A DNA stretch of 63,420 nt, the filler included. It is 6 parts of 6 records of this genome, joined end to end, with 100 filler letters (N's around TTAATTAATTAA, not from the genome) between each part and the next. Parts side by side here need not be neighbours in the genome. Positions count along the whole stretch, not along the records: positions 57,112 to 63,420 come from DRR723986_18350; 5 more parts are not named here. The stretch is one strand, 5' to 3'. The notes beneath the pieces were generated by a model. That model worked only from the letters and a program-made list of their open reading frames with translations. It had not been told where the DNA came from and searched no databases. The stretch's first letter is position 1; every line of letters begins with the position of its first letter. Shown here in pieces: positions 57,242-63,420 of this stretch. The position numbers and the translations under genes were made by a program.

Positions 57242-58037
57242 AGCAAAAGATACCGTCTCCAGAACCCTGATGGTGGCGCTGGTACTGAGTATTGTGTTCT
57301 CGGTTGTGGTTTCCACGGCTGCGGTCATGCTGCGTCCCGCGCAGATCCAGAACCAGAATCTGGACATCAAAACCAACATCCTTTCTGCCGCCGGCATGCT
57401 TGAGCCAGGCTCAACCGCGCAGGACATTGAAGAGACGTTTGCACGCTTCGATGTCCGCCTGGTCGACCTCGACAAGGGCGATTTTGTAGAGCCGTCTGCT
57501 GTGGGTGTTCAGGATCCCATGAAGTACGACATGTACAAGGCTGCTTCCGATCCGGAGATGTCGACCAACATCCCGTCGTCTGAAGACAAAGCTGGCATCA
57601 AGCGTCGTCCGAACGTTGCCAAGGTCTACACCCTGAGCGAGAACGGCGAGCTGGTTCGTGTGGTGCTTCCGATTCACGGCTACGGTCTGTGGTCTACCCT
57701 GTACGGCTTCGTTTCCCTTGAAGGTGACCTCAACACTATTGAAGGTTTGGGTTTCTACGCCCACGCGGAAACGCCGGGCCTGGGTGGTGAAGTTGATAAC
57801 CCGCGCTGGAAACAGCAGTGGGTAGGCAAGGAACTCTACAGTGACGATCCGACCGAACCCCAGATCCGTCTGGTGAAAGGTGGGGTCAGCGCCGATGCCA
57901 AGGACAAGGAACACAAGATTGACGCGCTCTCTGGTGCCACACTGACCAGTCGTGGTGTCGAGCAGCTCGTGAACTACTGGATGGGTGAGCGCGGCTTCGC
58001 CCCGTTCCTGAAAAAACTTCGTGAAGGGGAGGTCTGA
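57234..58037 (+). CDS. nqrC: Na+-NQR subunit C
   Basis: [25 protein letters not shown] site; GTG start. Confidence 0.96.
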   Translation: MAKAKDTVSRTLMVALVLSIVFSVVVSTAAVMLRPAQIQNQNLDIKTNILSAAGMLEPGSTAQDIEETFARFDVRLVDLDKGDFVEPSAVGVQDPMKYDMYKAASDPEMSTNIPSSEDKAGIKRRPNVAKVYTLSENGELVRVVLPIHGYGLWSTLYGFVSLEGDLNTIEGLGFYAHAETPGLGGEVDNPRWKQQWVGKELYSDDPTEPQIRLVKGGVSADAKDKEHKIDALSGATLTSRGVEQLVNYWMGERGFAPFLKKLREGEV

Positions 58038-58039
58038 TC

Positions 58040-58705
58040 ATGGCAGGCTCAACAGCCAAACAGGTTCTCTTCGAACCAATCTTCAGTAACAACCCGATCG
58101 CCCTTCAGATCCTTGGTATCTGTTCGGCGCTGGCGGTAACCACCAGCATGAGCGTGAGTATCGTCATGTGTCTGGCGGTTACAGCCGTTACCGCATTTTC
58201 CAACCTGGCGGTCTCTCTGGTAAGAACCCAGATCCCGGGAAGTATCCGGATCATCGTGCAGATGACCATCATTGCTTCCCTGGTCATCGTGGTAGACCAG
58301 ATTCTCAAGGCCTATGCCTATGAAATCTCCAAGCAGCTGTCGGTATTTGTTGGTCTGATCATCACCAACTGTATCGTTATGGGCCGCGCGGAAGGTTTCG
58401 CCATGACCAATCCGCCGCTGATGAGCTTCCTGGATGGTATCGGTAACGGTCTGGGTTATTCGGTTATTCTGCTGTTCGTGGCGTTCTTCCGCGAGCTGCT
58501 GGGCGCCGGTTCGCTGTTCGGTGTAAGCCTGATGCCTGTCGTTAACGAAGGCGGCTGGTACGTACCGAATGGCCTGCTGCTGCTGCCGCCGAGTGCGTTC
58601 TTCATCATCGGCCTGGCAATCTGGGGTCTGCGTACCTGGAAGCCGGAGCAAGTAGAAGAGCCTGACTACAAGCTGTCTCGCCATACCGTCAAGGAGGCCT
58701 TCTGA
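58040..58705 (+). CDS. nqrD: Na+-NQR subunit D
   Basis: [24 protein letters not shown]. Confidence 0.96.
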   Translation: MAGSTAKQVLFEPIFSNNPIALQILGICSALAVTTSMSVSIVMCLAVTAVTAFSNLAVSLVRTQIPGSIRIIVQMTIIASLVIVVDQILKAYAYEISKQLSVFVGLIITNCIVMGRAEGFAMTNPPLMSFLDGIGNGLGYSVILLFVAFFRELLGAGSLFGVSLMPVVNEGGWYVPNGLLLLPPSAFFIIGLAIWGLRTWKPEQVEEPDYKLSRHTVKEAF

Positions 58706-59313
58706 TGGAACACTATCTGAGCCTCCTGCTTAAGGCGATCTTTGTTGAAAACATGGCATTGGCGTTCTTCCTGGGGATGTGTACCTTCCTGGCCATCTCC
58801 AAGAAGATCGAAGCGGCGACTGGTCTGGGTATCGCCGTTGTGGTGGTACTGACGGTCACCGTACCGGTGAATAACCTGCTTTATAACACCATCCTGCGTG
58901 AAGGTGCCCTGGACTGGGCCGGTTTGCCGAATGTGGACCTGAGCTTCCTGGGCCTGCTGACATACATCGGTGTTATCGCCGCGATCGTACAGATCATGGA
59001 AATGGTGCTGGATAAATACATTCCGGCCCTGTACGCGGCGCTGGGTGTGTTCCTGCCGCTGATTACGGTTAACTGCGCCATCCTTGGTGCGTCACTGTTC
59101 ATGGTTGAGCGTGACTACACCTTTGGCGAGAGTCTGGTGTATGGCTTCGGCGCTGGCGTTGGCTGGGCTCTGGCCATCATTGCTCTGGCGGGTATCCGTG
59201 AAAAGCTCAAGTACAGCGATGTTCCGAACGGACTGCGTGGCCTTGGCATCACCTTCATTACCGTTGGTCTGATGTCACTGGGTTTCATGTCGTTCTCAGG
59301 CATCTCCCTGTAA
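58705..59313 (+). CDS. nqrE: Na+-NQR subunit E
   Basis: [20 protein letters not shown]. Confidence 0.96.
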   Translation: MEHYLSLLLKAIFVENMALAFFLGMCTFLAISKKIEAATGLGIAVVVVLTVTVPVNNLLYNTILREGALDWAGLPNVDLSFLGLLTYIGVIAAIVQIMEMVLDKYIPALYAALGVFLPLITVNCAILGASLFMVERDYTFGESLVYGFGAGVGWALAIIALAGIREKLKYSDVPNGLRGLGITFITVGLMSLGFMSFSGISL

Positions 59314-59350
59314 TTCACCCGGTGATTCGGTTTAACGAAAAGGCGAGACC

Positions 59351-60577
59351 ATGAATACAGAAATTATTCTCGGCGTGGTCATGTTCACCGTTATCGTTCT
59401 GGCGCTGGTTGCGGTTATCCTCGCAGCCCGCTCCAAGCTGGTAAGCACCGGTGACGTGACCATTGAGATCAACGACGACCCCGAGCACACGCTCAAGACC
59501 GCCGCGGGCGGCAAGCTGCTGGGTACTCTGGCCAATAGTGGCATCTACCTGTCCTCTGCTTGTGGCGGTGGCGGTACCTGTGCCCAGTGCAAGTGCAAGG
59601 TTCTGGACGGCGGTGGCGCCATGCTGCCCACGGAAAAGACCCACTTCACCAACCGCGAAGAAAAAGAAGGCTGGCGTCTGTCCTGCCAGGTTCCTGTGAA
59701 GCAGGACATGAAGATCGAAGTGCCTGAAGAGTTCTTCGGTGTGAAGAAGTGGGAATGTGAGGTTATCTCCAACCACAACGTGGCCACCTTCATCAAGGAA
59801 CTGGTACTGAAGCTGCCGGAAGGCGAGGAAGTGGACTTCCGCGCCGGCGGTTACGTGCAGCTGGAGTGTCCTCCGTATGAAATTCCGTTCAAGGATTTCA
59901 ACATCGAGGAAGAGTTCCACGAAGACTGGGACAAGCACGATATCTGGCGCTACAAGGGTGTGAACAAGGAAGAAACCATCCGGGCCTACTCCATGGCGAA
60001 CTACCCGGAAGAAAAAGGTCTTCTCAAGTTCAACATCCGTATTGCCACGCCACCTCCTGGTACCGACCATCCGCCGGGTATCATGTCCACTTACGTGTTC
60101 AACCTGAAGCCGGGCGACAAGGTTACCGTGATGGGACCGTTTGGTGAGTTCTTCGCCAAGGATACCGATGCGGAAATGGTATTCATCGGTGGTGGTGCCG
60201 GTATGGCGCCGATGCGTTCTCACATCTTCGACCAGCTCAAACGCCTGAACTCCAAGCGCAAGATCAGCTTCTGGTACGGTGCGCGTAGCGTACGCGAAAT
60301 GTTCTACGTGGAAGACTTCGACGGTCTGGCTGCAGAGAACGACAACTTCGAGTGGCACGTGGCGCTTTCAGACCCCCTGCCAACCGATGACTGGAACGGC
60401 CCTACGGGCTTTATCCACAACGTGTTGTACGAAAACTATCTGAAGGACCATCCGGCTCCGGAAGACTGTGAGTTCTACATGTGTGGACCCCCAATCATGA
60501 ACGCGTCTGTGATCAAGATGTTGAAAGATCTTGGTGTAGAGGACGAGAACATCATGCTGGATGACTTCGGAGGTTAA
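59351..60577 (+). CDS. nqrF: Na+-NQR subunit F
   Basis: [10 protein letters not shown] 2Fe-2[25 protein letters not shown]. Confidence 0.97.
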   Translation: MNTEIILGVVMFTVIVLALVAVILAARSKLVSTGDVTIEINDDPEHTLKTAAGGKLLGTLANSGIYLSSACGGGGTCAQCKCKVLDGGGAMLPTEKTHFTNREEKEGWRLSCQVPVKQDMKIEVPEEFFGVKKWECEVISNHNVATFIKELVLKLPEGEEVDFRAGGYVQLECPPYEIPFKDFNIEEEFHEDWDKHDIWRYKGVNKEETIRAYSMANYPEEKGLLKFNIRIATPPPGTDHPPGIMSTYVFNLKPGDKVTVMGPFGEFFAKDTDAEMVFIGGGAGMAPMRSHIFDQLKRLNSKRKISFWYGARSVREMFYVEDFDGLAAENDNFEWHVALSDPLPTDDWNGPTGFIHNVLYENYLKDHPAPEDCEFYMCGPPIMNASVIKMLKDLGVEDENIMLDDFGG

Positions 60578-60586
60578 TCAGACCGC

Positions 60587-61636
60587 ATGACATCCCGCAT
60601 GTTCCGACCCGCCAGGGTAGCCGTGGTCAGCGTCTTTATGGCGCTGGCTCTGGCCACCCTGGCGGGTTGTTCGTTTCAGGAAGAAGAAAAAGTCTGGGAG
60701 ATCTCTGGCGGGATTTTCGGGACGACCTATCACATTAACGTCGTATTGCCAGAAGATGAGCAACGGCTTCAGACTCTGGCCAAGGGCATCGAGAGCACGC
60801 TGGATCAGGTGGACAATGCCATGTCGACCTGGAAGCCGGATTCCGAGCTGTCTCAGCTGAACAGTCTGCGGGACCAGTCGGAGTGGATTGTGCTTTCGCC
60901 GGCATTGTTCGAGGTTATCCGACGGTCAGTCGAGTTTGCTGAACTGACGGGTGGGGCGTTCGACGTGACCATTGGCCCGGTAGTGAATCTCTGGGGGTTT
61001 GGGCCCAAGGCGCGGCCTGAACAGATACCCTCCGACGATGAACTGAACACCGTACTTGGTGGCACCGGTTGGGAGCACCTGGAGTTCGATGAATTGGCCA
61101 GTGCCATTCGCAGCGAGAAGCCCCAGTACATTGATTTGTCGGGTATTGCCAAGGGCTATGGCGTGGATGCGGTGGCCCGTTACCTCGACAGTGAAGGTGT
61201 TGGTGCTTACCTTGTGGAAGTGGGCGGCGAAGTGCGTACCAATGGACGCAAGCCGGACGGTACCGCCTGGCGTCTGGCTATTGAGCAACCGATAGAGCAG
61301 GGCCGGGCAGTAAATAGTGTGGTGGCGCTGGATGCTCAGGCCATGGCGACGTCCGGCGATTATCGTAACTATTACGAATCGAACGGCCAGCGGTACTCCC
61401 ATACAATAGACCCTGAGACGGGAAAGCCTATTGGTCATCGACTGGCCTCGGTTACGGTTATTGCAGAAGACTGTATGACGGCAGATGCTCTGGCAACCGG
61501 CTTTAATGTGATGGGTTTTGACAAGGCCATGGGCCTGGCAACCCGTGAAAACATTCCCGCATTTTTTATTGTGAGGGGAGACAACGGCTTTGAAACCCAT
61601 CAAACACCGGCGTTCTCGTCTTACCTTGTCCAGTAA
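60587..61636 (+). CDS. apbE: FAD:protein FMN transferase
   Basis: Lipobox LAGC, FDVTIGP, DLSGIAKG, ATSGDYRNY, ADALAT. Confidence 0.95.
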   Translation: MTSRMFRPARVAVVSVFMALALATLAGCSFQEEEKVWEISGGIFGTTYHINVVLPEDEQRLQTLAKGIESTLDQVDNAMSTWKPDSELSQLNSLRDQSEWIVLSPALFEVIRRSVEFAELTGGAFDVTIGPVVNLWGFGPKARPEQIPSDDELNTVLGGTGWEHLEFDELASAIRSEKPQYIDLSGIAKGYGVDAVARYLDSEGVGAYLVEVGGEVRTNGRKPDGTAWRLAIEQPIEQGRAVNSVVALDAQAMATSGDYRNYYESNGQRYSHTIDPETGKPIGHRLASVTVIAEDCMTADALATGFNVMGFDKAMGLATRENIPAFFIVRGDNGFETHQTPAFSSYLVQ

Positions 61637-61648
61637 AGGGGGGCAGTA

Positions 61649-61891
61649 ATGGGTACCTTTCTTTTGGTGTTGTTTATTGTGGTGCTGCTGATTGCCGGTA
61701 TGTCGATCGGTGTGATTTTCGGTCGAAAGCCGATCAGCGGAACCTGCGGTGGTATTGGCGCTCTGGGAATCAGTACTTCCTGTGAGATTTGCGGGGGCAA
61801 TACCCAGAAATGCGAAGAGAGCCGGAGCGGCTCGGATGAGCCAGTAAAAGCGGAAGACCTGGCATACGATGCCACCAAGGCCGACAAATAA
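61649..61891 (+). CDS. nqrM: Na+-NQR maturation protein
   Basis: TM + GRKPISGTCGG...CEICGG...C; follows apbE. Confidence 0.9.
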   Translation: MGTFLLVLFIVVLLIAGMSIGVIFGRKPISGTCGGIGALGISTSCEICGGNTQKCEESRSGSDEPVKAEDLAYDATKADK

Positions 61892-61963
61892 CCGCTCCAG
61901 GCCAACAATACATTAATAACTATAGCTACGCTTTCAGAGTGTAGATAAGGAGTCAGTGCGCGC

Positions 61964-63355
61964 ATGGCAGAGCATCATTACGACGTGGTGGTTATTGGCG
62001 CCGGTCCTTCGGGAGAAGGGGCGGCAATGAATGCGGCGAAGCACAACAGGCGCGTCGCCATCATTGAAGACAAGCCTACGGTTGGCGGTAACTGCACCCA
62101 CTGGGGCACCATTCCGTCCAAGGCACTGCGTCACTCGGTCAAGCAGATCATCACCTTCAACACCAACCAGATGTTCCGGGACATTGGTGAACCGCGCTGG
62201 TTCTCTTTTCCGCGGGTGTTGCAGAACGCCCAGAAGGTGATTGGCAAACAGGTGAAGCTGCGCACTCAGTTCTATTCCCGTAACCGGGTAGACCTTATCA
62301 ACGGCCGTGCCGCATTTGTCGACAAGCACCGGTTGGAAATCCGTGGCAACAAGTCCGTGGAAACCATCCATTTCAAGCAGGCCATCATTGCCACCGGTTC
62401 CCGCCCGTACCTGCCGCCCGATGTCGACTTCCGTCATCATCGGATCTACAACTCAGACTCCATTCTGAATCTGTCCCACACCCCGCGTACCCTGATTATC
62501 TACGGTGCCGGTGTCATTGGTTCGGAATACGCCTCCATCTTTGCTGGACTGGGTGTGAAGGTAGACCTGATCAACCCGGGCAGTCGCTTGCTGTCGTTCC
62601 TGGATGATGAAATTTCCGATGCTCTGAGTTACCACCTGCGTAACAACGGTGTATTGGTTCGCCACAATGAGCAGTATGAATCCGTGAAAGGTGACGATCA
62701 CGGTGTTGTATTGTCACTGCAATCCGGCAAGAAGATTCGGGCCGATGCCTTCCTGTGGTGTAATGGCCGTAGCGGCAATACCGAGAATCTGGGGCTTGAG
62801 AACGTGGGCCTGACACCGAACAGCCGGGGCCAGCTGGCGGTAGACGAGCATTACCGTACGGAAGTCGAGCATATCTATGCTGCCGGCGATGTGATTGGCT
62901 GGCCAAGCCTGGCCAGTGCCGCCTACGACCAGGGGCGGGCGGCCTCGTCTGACATTACCCAGGACGAGTATTTCCGCTTTGTGGACGACGTGCCTACCGG
63001 CATTTATACCATTCCGGAAATCAGCTCAGTTGGTAAAACCGAGCGCGAACTGACCGAAGCCAAAGTGCCATACGATGTCGGCCAGGCGTTCTTCAAGGAT
63101 CTGGCGCGGGCGCAGATTACCGGCGAAGCTGTGGGCATGCTGAAGATTCTGTTCCACCGGGAAACCCGTGAAATTCTGGGGATACACTGCTTTGGTGACC
63201 AGGCCGCGGAGATCGTTCACATCGGCCAGGCCATTATGAACCAGGAAGGGGAAGCCAATTCCCTGAACTACTTCATCAATACCACTTTCAACTACCCGAC
63301 CATGGCAGAAGCCTATCGGGTAGCCGCCCTCAACGGCCTGAACCGTATCTTCTGA
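61964..63355 (+). CDS. sthA: Soluble pyridine nucleotide transhydrogenase
   Basis: [44 protein letters not shown]. Confidence 0.96.
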   Translation: MAEHHYDVVVIGAGPSGEGAAMNAAKHNRRVAIIEDKPTVGGNCTHWGTIPSKALRHSVKQIITFNTNQMFRDIGEPRWFSFPRVLQNAQKVIGKQVKLRTQFYSRNRVDLINGRAAFVDKHRLEIRGNKSVETIHFKQAIIATGSRPYLPPDVDFRHHRIYNSDSILNLSHTPRTLIIYGAGVIGSEYASIFAGLGVKVDLINPGSRLLSFLDDEISDALSYHLRNNGVLVRHNEQYESVKGDDHGVVLSLQSGKKIRADAFLWCNGRSGNTENLGLENVGLTPNSRGQLAVDEHYRTEVEHIYAAGDVIGWPSLASAAYDQGRAASSDITQDEYFRFVDDVPTGIYTIPEISSVGKTERELTEAKVPYDVGQAFFKDLARAQITGEAVGMLKILFHRETREILGIHCFGDQAAEIVHIGQAIMNQEGEANSLNYFINTTFNYPTMAEAYRVAALNGLNRIF

Positions 63356-63368
63356 TCAGACCGTTGCC

Positions 63369-63400
63369 CACCAGAGCCCTGCATCAGGCGGGCTCTGGTG
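63369..63400 (+). terminator. Hairpin downstream of sthA
   Basis: CACCAGAGCCC...GGGCTCTGGTG stem; weak U-tract. Confidence 0.55.
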
Positions 63401-63420
63401 AGGTTTCCCGTATCGGCAGG

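Noticed and set aside
57112-63420. nqr-apbE-nqrM-sthA region
   Set aside because: Ordinary conserved gammaproteobacterial housekeeping cluster; nothing anomalous seen.

Overview
The window is not one locus. It is six unrelated contig pieces joined by artificial 100-nt spacers (44 N + TTAATTAATTAA + 44 N) at 17022-17121, 26983-27082, 35083-35182, 45621-45720 and 57012-57111. Taxonomic labels below are inferred from gene content and style, not from searches. (1) 1-17021, high-GC alphaproteobacterium (Roseibium/Labrenzia-like): queCDE behind a preQ1-I riboswitch, DUF429, pyridoxal kinase, ispG, three tandem paralogous membrane proteins (the middle one AT-rich with an in-frame TGA), bdhA + patatin, a pentapeptide-repeat protein, MipA, YggT and a LysR/glyoxalase/DJ-1 detoxification islet. 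(2) 17122-26982, probable FCB-group bacterium: a DUF1287-patatin fusion lipoprotein, a 1392-aa FG-GAP/cohesin/dockerin T9SS cargo, a TPR-LuxR regulator and two families of unannotated intergenic repeats. (3) 27083-35082, Roseibium-like: YaiI, BA14K, cold-shock protein, choXWV and betI-betA-betB. (4) 35183-45620, Hyphomonas-like: coaBC end, dut, PspB-like pair, a serine-less alpha/beta hydrolase, RDD, Pif1-like helicase, a damaged PhyR, Irr/Fur, gcrA, ABC permease, a Cys-rich lipoprotein and a caspase-domain protein. (5) 45721-57011, lower-GC alphaproteobacterium (Kordiimonas-like): tpiA start, PpiD, trpE/G/D/C, moaC, moeA, lexA with SOS box, comEC. (6) 57112-63420, Marinobacter-like: nqrB-F, apbE, nqrM, sthA. 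Best leads: four helically phased NrdR-like boxes upstream of gcrA, the hairpin repeat family bracketing genes in contig 2, the DUF1287(Cys-less)-patatin fusion, the preQ1 riboswitch and a resistin-like bacterial lipoprotein.
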